Part shown: positions 50,357 to 59,687 of the stretch, piece by piece | Position numbering within the stretch: position 1 is the stretch's first letter | Layout of the letters: every line of letters starts with the position of its first letter | Source: Roseibacillus sp. | Lineage (GTDB): Bacteria; Verrucomicrobiota; Verrucomicrobiia; Verrucomicrobiales; Akkermansiaceae | Direction of reading: 5' to 3' | Assembly: GCA_965242925.1 (NCBI GenBank) | Contig: CBDEUM010000037.1 | Coordinates: forward strand, 32,001-96,000 | Length of the DNA stretch: 64,000 nucleotides | Position numbers and translations under genes: made by a program | Notes under the pieces: model-generated | Told to the model about the DNA's origin: nothing | Database searches by the model: none | Seen by the model: the letters and a program-made list of their open reading frames with translations, nothing else

Positions 50357-50734
50357 ATGGCTGACACACCCGAAGAAATCAAGAAGGCACAGAAGAAGTA
50401 CCTCCTCATTGGGCTCATCCTCTTTGTCTTCACCGTGGTCACGGTGGCGGTCGCGACCGTGCCGTGGCTTGATTTTGGTGAGCACGGCTTTGACGCCCAG
50501 GACGCCACCATCGGCCTGATCATTGCCACCATCAAGGCCGGCCTGGTGGGCGCAATCTTCATGCACCTCAGTCACGAGAAGAAGACGATCTACGTTCTGA
50601 TCGTAATTGGTATTCTGATGGGGATTTCCCTCATGGGTCTGACTGGCTGGGCCTTTGAGGACCCCATCGAGTACGGGAACAGTGTGGAAGGGGACGGCTT
50701 CTTTAACCCGGAGGTAAAGGCAGAACAGCATTAG
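50357..50734 (+). CDS. coxD: Cytochrome c oxidase subunit IV family protein
   Basis: Three TM helices, IATIKAGLVGAIFMHL. Confidence 0.85.
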   Translation: MADTPEEIKKAQKKYLLIGLILFVFTVVTVAVATVPWLDFGEHGFDAQDATIGLIIATIKAGLVGAIFMHLSHEKKTIYVLIVIGILMGISLMGLTGWAFEDPIEYGNSVEGDGFFNPEVKAEQH

Positions 50735-50743
50735 GGATACGAT

Positions 50744-50947
50744 ATGTCACTGCGCGGCTTCCATATAGTATTCATCATCGTTACGACGTTCCTCAGTCTC
50801 TTTCTGGTGGGGTGGGCATTCTTTCTTGCTCCTGTCAGCGCCGGGGTGATGAGGACCCTGCTCATGGTGGCCGGGATCGTCGGTTCGATCGGGTTTCCCA
50901 TCTACGGGGTCTATTTTTATCGTAAAGCCAGGAAGTTGATTCTCTAG
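50744..50947 (+). CDS. Small two-TM hypothetical protein in the oxidase operon
   Basis: 67 aa, MSLRGFHIVFI, tight spacing to both neighbours. Confidence 0.7.
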   Translation: MSLRGFHIVFIIVTTFLSLFLVGWAFFLAPVSAGVMRTLLMVAGIVGSIGFPIYGVYFYRKARKLIL

Positions 50948-50968
50948 CCAAGCAACCGCGAACAGACC

Positions 50969-51163
50969 ATGCTCCTCGACACACTCCATCTTGCCTGCAG
51001 CACCTGCGCAAAATCCTTCCAGGAGGGCGGTGGTGATGCGGCTGGCTGGTCGATTATTTTCCTGCTGGCCACCATTGTACCCGTTCTCGGAGCGACCGGC
51101 ATCTGCATGGTGCGCATGGTGCGTCGCGAGCGGGAGGCCCTCGATCCGAAATATGTTGAATAG
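50969..51163 (+). CDS. Small single-TM protein with N-terminal CxxC
   Basis: 64 aa, HLACSTC, one TM helix, basic tail; operonic position. Confidence 0.65.
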   Translation: MLLDTLHLACSTCAKSFQEGGGDAAGWSIIFLLATIVPVLGATGICMVRMVRREREALDPKYVE

Positions 51164-51209
51164 GACCAACCTGGTTCGTCCCCTCTCTTACTCTTTTCTC
51201 TGACTAGTT

Positions 51210-52082
51210 ATGCATTTCCTCGCTGACACTCTTGTCGAACACCTGGGTATTCCTGAGAACTACGCCGAGCACGGAGGCAGTGTGGATCACCTGATCGACG
51301 TGGTGCACTGGTTCATGCTCGTGCTCTTCGTGGGTTGGACTGGGTTTTTTCTGGTTGCCTGCTGGAAGTTCTGGCAGCGCCGTCATCCCAAGGCCTCCTA
51401 TCGTGGTGTGCAGAATCATGTGACGACCCATCTTGAGATCGGGGTGGCTATTTTTGAGGCGGTTCTCCTTCTTGGGTTCGCCTTTCCTCTCTGGGCGGAG
51501 CGGACGGACCGTTTCGAGGACATCCAGGCGCAGGATCCCGTGCGAGTGCGCGCCATCGGTTACCAGTTTGGCTGGAATTACCATTATCCGGGTATGGACG
51601 GAAAATTCGGGCGGATCGATCGTCACCTCGTGGAGAAGGCCGGGGATCCGTGTATCGACCCGGAAGATCCCAATGGCTGGGATGACTTTGTCTCTCCCAT
51701 CCTGAGACTTCCCGTGGCTGAACCGGCTATTCTGCAGGTGTCCTCCACGGATGTGATTCATGGCTATGCCATCGTGCCGATGCGGATTCAGCAGGACGCC
51801 ATTCCGGGGACGGACATCCCCATGTGGTTCCGTCCCCTCAAGGAACTCGAAACCAGTGTGGTCTGTGCCCAGCTCTGCGGGGAGGGCCATGGTGACATGG
51901 TGGGAGTGATGCAGGTGGTCAGCAGGGGGGCATACACTTCCTGGATGGAGGAGCAGAGCACCGCGGCCTACGGCCGGAACTCCGAGGAGGCCGGGACTGG
52001 TGGTAAGGTGGAAGAAGAGGACGAGGGTGAACCGGCTGGCGAATCCGAACCAGCTGATGAGCCGAAAGCTGCTGCCGAGTAA
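51210..52082 (+). CDS. coxB: Cytochrome c oxidase subunit II (CuA)
   Basis: Two TM helices, GYQFGW, DVIH, DAIPG, CAQLCGEGHGDM; acidic tail and no fused cytochrome c. Confidence 0.92.
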   Translation: MHFLADTLVEHLGIPENYAEHGGSVDHLIDVVHWFMLVLFVGWTGFFLVACWKFWQRRHPKASYRGVQNHVTTHLEIGVAIFEAVLLLGFAFPLWAERTDRFEDIQAQDPVRVRAIGYQFGWNYHYPGMDGKFGRIDRHLVEKAGDPCIDPEDPNGWDDFVSPILRLPVAEPAILQVSSTDVIHGYAIVPMRIQQDAIPGTDIPMWFRPLKELETSVVCAQLCGEGHGDMVGVMQVVSRGAYTSWMEEQSTAAYGRNSEEAGTGGKVEEEDEGEPAGESEPADEPKAAAE

Positions 52083-52201
52083 TCGAAATTGATCCCACCC
52101 CTCAACCGGGGGATAAGGAGCCCGGGAGGCCCTGTTTTGCGGCTTCTGACAAGGATCAGAAAAAGCTGTTCAAGTGAACAGAACCGGCATCTGCTGAAGT
52201 C

Positions 52202-52888
52202 ATGATCATTCGTGACCTGCCGGATCAGAAGCGGCCCAGGGAGAAAATGGCACAGGAAGGAGCGGTCGCCTTGAGCGATGCGGAGTTGCTCGCCATCTTC
52301 CTGCGGGTCGGAGTGAGGGGGGAAAGTGCGATCGCAGTGGGCCAGCGTCTCCTTGAGAAGCACGGGGGGCTCGCGGCCCTGGGTGGCTTGGAGATTGCCC
52401 AACTCGTCCGGGAACATGGTCTGGGCCTGGCGAAGGCAACGCAACTGGTGGCGTCCTTCGAACTGGGTGTGCGGGTGGCACGGGAGAAGGCGATGCTCCT
52501 GAGCCTGGACTGTCCGCAGGCAGCCTTTGAGGTGTTCGCTCCCCAGATGCGCCACCTCAGGCATGAGTCCCTCCGGATCGCCCTGCTCGATACGCGCCTG
52601 AGAGCCACCCGGTTCCTCACTCTCTCGGAGGGTAGCTTGAATGAAACGGTGGCCCACCCGAGGGATATTCTTCATCCCGTGGTCCTGCATAAGTCCCATG
52701 GATTCCTCCTCGTGCACAACCATCCCTCCGGGGATCCCTCACCCAGTCGGGCGGATCGTGAACTGACCAGACGGCTGGCCAGTGCGGCTGCGCTCCTCCG
52801 AATCGAGTTCCTTGATCATGTTATCATCGGGCGGGCATCGGACCGTCATGAGGGCTGCTTTTCCTTCAGGGAAGCGGGTTTATTGTGA
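52202..52888 (+). CDS. radC: RadC/JAB-domain protein
   Basis: RPREK...LSDAELLAI, HPRDI, HNHPSGDPSPSRAD, LDHVII. Confidence 0.93.
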   Translation: MIIRDLPDQKRPREKMAQEGAVALSDAELLAIFLRVGVRGESAIAVGQRLLEKHGGLAALGGLEIAQLVREHGLGLAKATQLVASFELGVRVAREKAMLLSLDCPQAAFEVFAPQMRHLRHESLRIALLDTRLRATRFLTLSEGSLNETVAHPRDILHPVVLHKSHGFLLVHNHPSGDPSPSRADRELTRRLASAAALLRIEFLDHVIIGRASDRHEGCFSFREAGLL

Positions 52889-53056
52889 GGAGTGTTTATC
52901 GGGCGGCTCCCCCCGGGGAGCCCGGCACACCAGCCAGGGATCATGGCAGGGTCCCTTCCTCACCTGGCTTTAACTCACTGGGGAGCGGCATCTGCGGACC
53001 GGGATTTTTCTGGGAATTGGCTTGTTGAGTTTTGAGCAATCAAGTGGTCTTCCCCT

Positions 53057-53839
53057 GTGGCTCAAATTCATCCCACCGCCCAGATCTCTCCGGACGCCAG
53101 GCTTGCGGAGGATGTCACGATCGGGCCCTACGCCATTATTGATGGCCCGGCAGTGATTGGTCCGGGGTGCGAGATTGGAGCGCAGGTGTGGATTCACGGC
53201 GAGGTGAGCATGGGAGCCATGAACAAGGTGGGCTACGGATCGATTCTCGGGGCGGATCCCCAGGATCTGGCCTTCGAGCCTGCTACCACGACCGGGGTGG
53301 TTCTGGGGGAGAAAAATGTTCTTCGTGAATACGTCACCATCCACCGGGCCACGGAGCAGGAGAGGAGCACGACGATCGGCAACGGCAATTTTCTCATGAC
53401 CGGAGTGCACCTTGGGCACGATGTGGTCATGGGAGACAGGAACACCCTGGCCAACAATGCCCTGCTGGCGGGTTTCGTGGAAATGGGGGACCAGGTGGTG
53501 GTGGGCGGAGGATGTGCCTTTCACCAGTTTATCATGATCGGGGATCATGCGATGGTCCAGGGTTTGACGGGGGCCTCAAAGGACATCGCTCCGTTCTGTA
53601 CGGTTGGCCAGTTCAACCGCCTTGCGGGTATTAATTCGATCGGGATGCGGCGTGGGGGGATCGGGCCGGAAGACCGGAGGGAGATCAAGGCAGCTTACAA
53701 GCTCCTCTTCCGGGAGGGGTTGGCCCTGGGTAAGGCGGTGGCGGAGGCGGATTCCCGGGAGTGGGGGAGTGCGGCGCAGAAGCTTATTGAGGCAGTGCGG
53801 AACCCGAGTCGGAAGGGCGTGGTCACGCGGGAGGGGTAG
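53057..53839 (+). CDS. lpxA: Acyl-ACP--UDP-GlcNAc O-acyltransferase
   Basis: Hexapeptide repeats IHPTAQI, PQDL, REYVTIHRAT, HLGHD, HQF, GINSIGMRR; GTG start. Confidence 0.9.
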   Translation: MAQIHPTAQISPDARLAEDVTIGPYAIIDGPAVIGPGCEIGAQVWIHGEVSMGAMNKVGYGSILGADPQDLAFEPATTTGVVLGEKNVLREYVTIHRATEQERSTTIGNGNFLMTGVHLGHDVVMGDRNTLANNALLAGFVEMGDQVVVGGGCAFHQFIMIGDHAMVQGLTGASKDIAPFCTVGQFNRLAGINSIGMRRGGIGPEDRREIKAAYKLLFREGLALGKAVAEADSREWGSAAQKLIEAVRNPSRKGVVTREG

Positions 53840-53895
53840 GGACTACGTTCGCAGGTCTTTTCCAGGAAGACAGGAACCAACGTTTCGCCCCGAGC

Positions 53896-54882
53896 TCAGT
53901 CCTTGGCGGCCTTGGGATCCAGCGCATCACGCAGTCCGTCCCCGAGGAAGTTCAAGGCGAAGAGGGTCAGGGTGAAGAAAAGGCCGGGCAGGATGAGCAG
54001 TTGCGGGTTGGTCTCCAGGTAATTTGCCCCCTCCTTGATGAGAATTCCCCAGGAACTATTGGGCGATTCCACACCGAGGCCCAGGTAGGAAAGGGTTGCC
54101 TCATACATGATGAATCCGGGTACGGTGAGGGTAGCATAGACCACGGTCGGTCCGAGCGTGTTGGGAATGATGTGACGAAAGAGCACACGGAGCCTGGACA
54201 GGCCGAGTGAGGTAGCGGCCTCGACAAATTCCCGTTCCTTAAGGCTTAATACCTGGGCACGGACAATGCGGGCTAGCGTCAGCCAGCCGAACAGGCCGAG
54301 GGCAAAGAAGAGCGGTAGGACATTGGTTGCCCTGTCGGTTAAGTCCTTGTTCCACCCCCAGGTATCAACAATCCATTTTGAGGTGGTTGCCGACCACTCC
54401 GAGAGCACCGCTTGAAGGACGATTACCACCATCAGGAAAGGAATGGATAGCAGGGTGTCTACGGTGCGCATCATGATTGCATCGATGCGACCCCCATAGA
54501 AGCCGGAGATGGCGCCGTAGGCGACACCAATGGTCACGGCCACAAAGGTGGCGACGAGGCCGACGAGGATGGATACCTGCCCGCCGTAGAGGATGCGGGA
54601 AAACAGGTCCCGTCCCATGGCGTCGGTTCCTAGCCAGTGTTCGCCGGAGGGGGAGGCGAACTTATTGGTCAAATCCTGCTGGATAGGGTCCTTGCAGAAC
54701 CATGCAAACCCGAAGCAGAGCAGGCAGGTGATGATGAAGACAACCAGGCTGACAATGGCGGCCTTGTTCTTGCCCATGCGAACCCAGGCATCACGCCATA
54801 GTGACGAACCGCGCTCCGCATGTAACAACGAGTTGACGCGTTGCCTTTCTGCGCTTTCTGTGTCCTGGGTTGCGGAAGTCAT
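53896..54882 (-). CDS. oppC: Oligopeptide ABC permease
   Basis: HWLGTDAMGRD, ARIVRAQVLSLKEREFVEAA, LNFLGDGLRDALDP. Confidence 0.92.
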   Translation of the reverse strand: MTSATQDTESAERQRVNSLLHAERGSSLWRDAWVRMGKNKAAIVSLVVFIITCLLCFGFAWFCKDPIQQDLTNKFASPSGEHWLGTDAMGRDLFSRILYGGQVSILVGLVATFVAVTIGVAYGAISGFYGGRIDAIMMRTVDTLLSIPFLMVVIVLQAVLSEWSATTSKWIVDTWGWNKDLTDRATNVLPLFFALGLFGWLTLARIVRAQVLSLKEREFVEAATSLGLSRLRVLFRHIIPNTLGPTVVYATLTVPGFIMYEATLSYLGLGVESPNSSWGILIKEGANYLETNPQLLILPGLFFTLTLFALNFLGDGLRDALDPKAAKD

Positions 54883-54885
54883 TAT

Positions 54886-55818
54886 TTATCTGGAAGAATC
54901 TCCGGTAATACGTACCCGCGGGTCGAGGATGCCGGTCAGGAGGTCGGCGGCAAGGTTCATGATCACGATTAAAAAACCGAAGAAGAGGGCCACGCCCAAG
55001 AGCAGGAACTCATCTCGTGAGATGACGGCATTAACAAAATGCTGCCCCATGCCCGGCACCTGGAAGATGGTCTCGACGATGAATGATCCGCTGATTAGTG
55101 CGGCAAAGGCCGGCCCAATAAAGGCGACGGAGGGCAGGATTCCTCCGCGCAGGGCGTGGCGTATGATGACCTTGCTGGCTGGAATTCCCTTGGCGTGTGC
55201 GGTGCGGATGTAGTCCTGGGAAAGGATCTCAAGCATCCCGCCGCGGGTCAGGCGGGCCAGATAGGCCGCCGTGGAGAGTCCCAGGGTGATGGCCGGCAGC
55301 AGGATGTCCTGCGGGTTGCCCCAGCCGGCGACTTTGATTCCCGGGAGATTGGCGGCAATGAAAATCTGCAACAGGGGGCCAATGGTGAATGCTGGCACAC
55401 AGATGCCGATCATGGCAACGGCCATGCCCCCCCAGTCCACCCAGGTGTTCTTGCGCATAGCGGAGATGACGCCGATCGGCACACCAATGCAGATGGCGAT
55501 GCCAAGGGCGCTAAGGCCGAGGATGACTGACACCTTGAAGGACTGGGAGATGATGTCCTTGACCGGTCGGCCCTTGCTGGTGGAGACGGCCAATGAGCCC
55601 TCGGTAATGATGTTTTTCGGGTAGATGAGATACTGGTGAAGAAGCGGTTTATCCAGGCCGTAGAGGGCGCGCTGGTAGGCCTTGGATTCCTCGGAGAGGT
55701 TTTTCTCCGTAGTGAAGGGTTCTCCCGGCATGGCCTTGGCCAAAAAGAACGTGATCGTGTAGAGGGCGAAGAGGACAAACAGGCCCTGCAGGAGTCGGCT
55801 GGCAATAAAACGAAGCAT
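54886..55818 (-). CDS. oppB: Oligopeptide ABC permease
   Basis: MPGEPF, QDYIRTAHAKG, VETIFQVPGMG, LDPRVR. Confidence 0.92.
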   Translation of the reverse strand: MLRFIASRLLQGLFVLFALYTITFFLAKAMPGEPFTTEKNLSEESKAYQRALYGLDKPLLHQYLIYPKNIITEGSLAVSTSKGRPVKDIISQSFKVSVILGLSALGIAICIGVPIGVISAMRKNTWVDWGGMAVAMIGICVPAFTIGPLLQIFIAANLPGIKVAGWGNPQDILLPAITLGLSTAAYLARLTRGGMLEILSQDYIRTAHAKGIPASKVIIRHALRGGILPSVAFIGPAFAALISGSFIVETIFQVPGMGQHFVNAVISRDEFLLLGVALFFGFLIVIMNLAADLLTGILDPRVRITGDSSR

Positions 55819-57719
55819 CAGCGATCGGGGTTCTGCAGTGAGAGGTTCGGGCTTCGTTCAAGCCGGAGGAACTTGTAGGGATGGTTGTCCAGGATCAGCG
55901 GATCCCATCCCTTGACGTCGGGGTGGATGAGGTAATTGCGCGTATACCAGTAGAGGGGAAGGATGGGGCTCTCAGAGAGGAATAGCGCCTCGGCCTCCTC
56001 CAGCACCCTGTAGCGCAACTGTGGATCGCCGGTGTTGCTGGCTTTTTTCAGGAGGGATTCAAACTCCTCGTTATGCCAGCCGGTGCGGTTGTTGCCGCCG
56101 TTCTTCATCCACATGTCCAAAAATGTCAGCGGGTCCATGTAATCGCCGATCCAGCCCCCCGCGGCCAGGCCGTAATCCTTCTCAAACATGGTGGTAATAT
56201 AGGAGGTCCATTCCATTTGCCTGATCCTGATGCTCACGCCGAGGTTGTCCTTCCACATCGCCTGCAGCGCCTCGGCATTGGCCTTGGAGGTTTCCTTGTC
56301 GGTGGTGAGAAACTCAATCTCGGGAATTCCTTTCCCACCGGGATAGCCGGCCTCGGCAAGCAGCTGGCGGGCTCCCTCCGGGTCGAAGCCGATGGTCTTG
56401 GCGGGCCGGTAATCACCAAAGGGAGGGACCAGCCCTCCTGCCGGTTTCTGGCCGCCTTTCAGGACGTTGGTGATCAGGGATTGCTGGTCAATTGCCTTGG
56501 AGAAGGCGATGCGCACGCGCGGGTCGGTGAAGGGCTCACGGGTGACATTGGCACGGATAAAGTAGGTGCCCAGGTAGAGCTCGTTACGGACCTGGTTGGG
56601 ATAGCGGTCACGGGAATATTCAATCAACTCAGGCGCCAGCGTGTAGGTGATGTGCATCTGCCCGTCAAAATACATCCGGTCCTCGGTGTAGAGGTTTGAG
56701 ATCGGCAGGTAGCGGATACCGTTGATGCCAACATTAGAACTGTCCCAGTAGCGGGGATTACGCTCCACCTGGATATGATCATTGAATTTCCAGGAAGTGA
56801 GGATGAAGGCCCCGTTGCTGACGATATTCTTTGGCTTGGTCCAATCGGTAAAGCGGTCACCGATTCTTCCGTGTTCAAGGATACTGTGTTTGGGTACCGG
56901 ATACCAGGTGTAGTGCTTGGTGATCTCGGGAAGAAAGGCAATTGGAGAGTTGAGTTTTACCTTCAGGGTGTGGGGATCGGGGGCCGTAGCACCGAAATCA
57001 ATCAACTCCCAGAGGTCTTTTCCGCTTTCTGCAAATTCCAGGTTTTTTTGAATCAGGATTTCACGCGCCTCCCGGCTCACGTCTTCCGGCCATTGGAACA
57101 GCCCCGGGTCTGATTGCAGTTCCCTGATCTGCTCCGCCTTGAGGTGGTCGAGTCCTTTTCGATTGAATTTCGTTTCTCCCTTTTCATTCGGGCCGAAGTC
57201 GACTTTTTTCAGCGTCTCCCACTCCACCGGAAAGGATTCATCATTGCGGCAGGTGAGGTAGGAGCGCTGTGACTTGTGGTAGGGTTCCGCATCCCTGATG
57301 TAGTAGAGCATGAAAGAATAATCCGAGGCCAGTGACGGGCTGAGGATGCGGCGGTAGGAGAAGAGAAAATCCTCGGCAGTCAGCGGGGTGCCGTCTGACC
57401 ATCTGGCGTCTTTGCGCAACTCAAAGACCCACTCATCAGGTTTTTGCGGGTCAGTCGGATACCATTTTTCTGCCACTCCCGGCAATGCCACTCCGTCTTT
57501 CGAGGGATGACCGACCACCAGTCCCTCGAAAAGGGCTCTGATGATGTTGCTCTCAAGGACCCCGCTGACAATGTGCGGATCCAGGCCCTTTGGCTCAGAG
57601 GTGTTGCCCATGATCAGGATGCCCTCCCGGGTAGCACGATCAACCGCGGTCTCACCTTGCTTGCACGCGCCTGTAAAAAGGGCAGCTGCCAGGAGGCAAA
57701 GGATGTTGATGATACGCAT
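55818..57719 (-). CDS. oppA: Oligopeptide ABC substrate-binding lipoprotein
   Basis: Lipobox TGAC, EPKGLDPH, ARWSDGTPLTAEDF, SNGAF, GWIGDYMDP. Confidence 0.92.
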   Translation of the reverse strand: MRIINILCLLAAALFTGACKQGETAVDRATREGILIMGNTSEPKGLDPHIVSGVLESNIIRALFEGLVVGHPSKDGVALPGVAEKWYPTDPQKPDEWVFELRKDARWSDGTPLTAEDFLFSYRRILSPSLASDYSFMLYYIRDAEPYHKSQRSYLTCRNDESFPVEWETLKKVDFGPNEKGETKFNRKGLDHLKAEQIRELQSDPGLFQWPEDVSREAREILIQKNLEFAESGKDLWELIDFGATAPDPHTLKVKLNSPIAFLPEITKHYTWYPVPKHSILEHGRIGDRFTDWTKPKNIVSNGAFILTSWKFNDHIQVERNPRYWDSSNVGINGIRYLPISNLYTEDRMYFDGQMHITYTLAPELIEYSRDRYPNQVRNELYLGTYFIRANVTREPFTDPRVRIAFSKAIDQQSLITNVLKGGQKPAGGLVPPFGDYRPAKTIGFDPEGARQLLAEAGYPGGKGIPEIEFLTTDKETSKANAEALQAMWKDNLGVSIRIRQMEWTSYITTMFEKDYGLAAGGWIGDYMDPLTFLDMWMKNGGNNRTGWHNEEFESLLKKASNTGDPQLRYRVLEEAEALFLSESPILPLYWYTRNYLIHPDVKGWDPLILDNHPYKFLRLERSPNLSLQNPDR

Positions 57720-57989
57720 TGTCAGTTACTTTCAACCGGGTTTGACGGCAGTGGTCTGGGCTCCACATGGGGTCATGAGCGCACCCAGCAGGACAAGGAC
57801 GTAGGGAGCGAGCGCCCGCATCGGGGAATACGTTGCGACAGATACCGTGGCCTTGGCAAAGCTCTTTGCCGGATTGGTCGTTTTTTGCGGGAATATGTTC
57901 CCGTTCCCGGGATGAATTTTCCGCAGGCTTGATTCGTCCCATCGGGAGGCTAGAACCGGGAAGGTTCCTGCTCTCCGAGGCCCTTTTCC

Positions 57990-59687
57990 ATGAAGGTATA
58001 TTTTCTCCGGCGTCTCCTTCTTGTGCCTGTGACGCTGTTCGGGATTACGCTTCTGGTCTTCATGTTGATGAGGGCAGCCCCGGGTGGGCCGGTGCAGAGG
58101 GACTTGCAGGAAATGATGGGGGCTGCAGCTAGTGAGCAGGGTGGAAGCTCAGGGATGAGGGAATCGGAGGGGAATGCGATTACTCCGGAGGCCCTTTTTG
58201 AGATCGAGGAGAAGTATCAGCGGGACAAAGGGGTCTGGCGCTCCTACGTGGAGTGGTTGGGAGTGGTTCCTCGGGATGTGGTTCGGGCGGCCAAAAGTTT
58301 CGAGAGAGGGAAGGACTGGGTGACGATCACGATGCCCAGGGTCAATATCGATGTTGACCTCGTCAAGGAGGACTCAGGAATTCGGATCGAACTCCCCACG
58401 CAAACAGTCACTCGGAAAACAAGGAAAGAAAAAAATGATATCCTCGATGACGAGGCACTTTCAGAGGAGGAAAAAGAAGTTCGCTTAAAGGCGGTCGAGG
58501 AGAAAAAAGGCCGCCTTCTGGAGGAGGCAGAGGATGATGACAGGATAATCAATGAGCGAATCGAGAAGTATGAATGGAAGGCCCGCCTTGTCACCGTCGA
58601 GGAGTTGAAACACCGATGGGAAAAAAACTTCAGGGGTAAAAGTGCAGCCCACAAAGTGAGGATTCCGGATTCCGGGACCACTGTTAATGACTCGCCGGAG
58701 AAGTCGGTGGTATTGCGGTCATGGAGTCGAGAGGAGGGAGACGAAGTCGAGAAGGGAGATGTTCTTGCAACGATTGAAGTCGGCGCTGTCTCCAGTGAAC
58801 TGAAAGCGGCGGTAGATGGGGTGATGGGGAGGATCCTGGTCAAGGAGGGGGAGGAAGTTGTGGATGGAAAGGTGGTGGCAGAAATTGATGTCCTGCAGGA
58901 GCGGGCGGTGCTCTACCGGGCCCAGCGTGATGGTCTCCTGCAGGGGAGTCTCGGGGATTCAGAGAGGTATGGAGACCCGGTGATCAGCATGGTAAGGAAA
59001 CGGATGCCTATTTCGCTCTTCTACGGAGTGATCTCGATGATCCTGATCTATGGGATCTGTATTCCCCTCGGCATCGTTAAGGCGATCAAGCATCGCACCT
59101 GGCTGGATAATGTTTCTTCGATTGCGGTCTTTTCCGGATATGCGATTCCTGGCTATGTCCTGGGGTCTTTTCTCCTCGTGTTCCTCGGAGCCCGCCTTGA
59201 TCTTTTCCCGCTCTCTGGATTTGTCTCGGAGAATTTCAGTGAACTCCCCCTCGGGGCCAAGATTTTCGATCTCTTTCACCATGCGGTCATGCCTCTCTCC
59301 TGTTACCTGGTAGGGAGCTTTGCCTTCATGACCTTCATGATGAAGAATAACCTGATGGATAATCTGGCGGCGGATTACGTGAGGACTGCGACGGCCAAGG
59401 GGGTATCTTACGGATCGGCGGTATTCAGGCATGCATTCCGGAATTCCATCATTCCCATCGCTACCACGGTAGGGCAGAACATCACCCTGTTGGTAGGTGG
59501 GAGCTTCCTCATTGAAAAGATCTTCGATATCGATGGCTTCGGGCTTCTCCAATTTAATGCCATCCTGGATAAGGATGAGCCCGTGGTGCTGGGGGTGCTG
59601 ACGATCTCGGCGACCTTGATGCTCCTCGGAAATGTCATTTCCGACCTCTGCGTGGCGTTCGTGGACCCACGGATTCGTTTCAGATAG
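57990..59687 (+). CDS. YejB/OppB-like ABC permease with an inserted lipoyl-like domain
   Basis: YFLRRLLL, APGGPV, DYVRTATAKG, IEKIFDIDGFG, DPRIRF; lipoyl-fold segment at 58650-58889. Confidence 0.9.
   Translation: MKVYFLRRLLLVPVTLFGITLLVFMLMRAAPGGPVQRDLQEMMGAAASEQGGSSGMRESEGNAITPEALFEIEEKYQRDKGVWRSYVEWLGVVPRDVVRAAKSFERGKDWVTITMPRVNIDVDLVKEDSGIRIELPTQTVTRKTRKEKNDILDDEALSEEEKEVRLKAVEEKKGRLLEEAEDDDRIINERIEKYEWKARLVTVEELKHRWEKNFRGKSAAHKVRIPDSGTTVNDSPEKSVVLRSWSREEGDEVEKGDVLATIEVGAVSSELKAAVDGVMGRILVKEGEEVVDGKVVAEIDVLQERAVLYRAQRDGLLQGSLGDSERYGDPVISMVRKRMPISLFYGVISMILIYGICIPLGIVKAIKHRTWLDNVSSIAVFSGYAIPGYVLGSFLLVFLGARLDLFPLSGFVSENFSELPLGAKIFDLFHHAVMPLSCYLVGSFAFMTFMMKNNLMDNLAADYVRTATAKGVSYGSAVFRHAFRNSIIPIATTVGQNITLLVGGSFLIEKIFDIDGFGLLQFNAILDKDEPVVLGVLTISATLMLLGNVISDLCVAFVDPRIRFR

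Noticed and set aside
52202..52888. radC as a marker of a mobile element
   Set aside because: Full-length chromosomal form next to lpxA, with no integrase or compositional shift
52905..52922. Hairpin GGCTCCCC-CC-GGGGAGCC after radC as a terminator or REP
   Set aside because: Short, no U-tract and no second copy seen in the window
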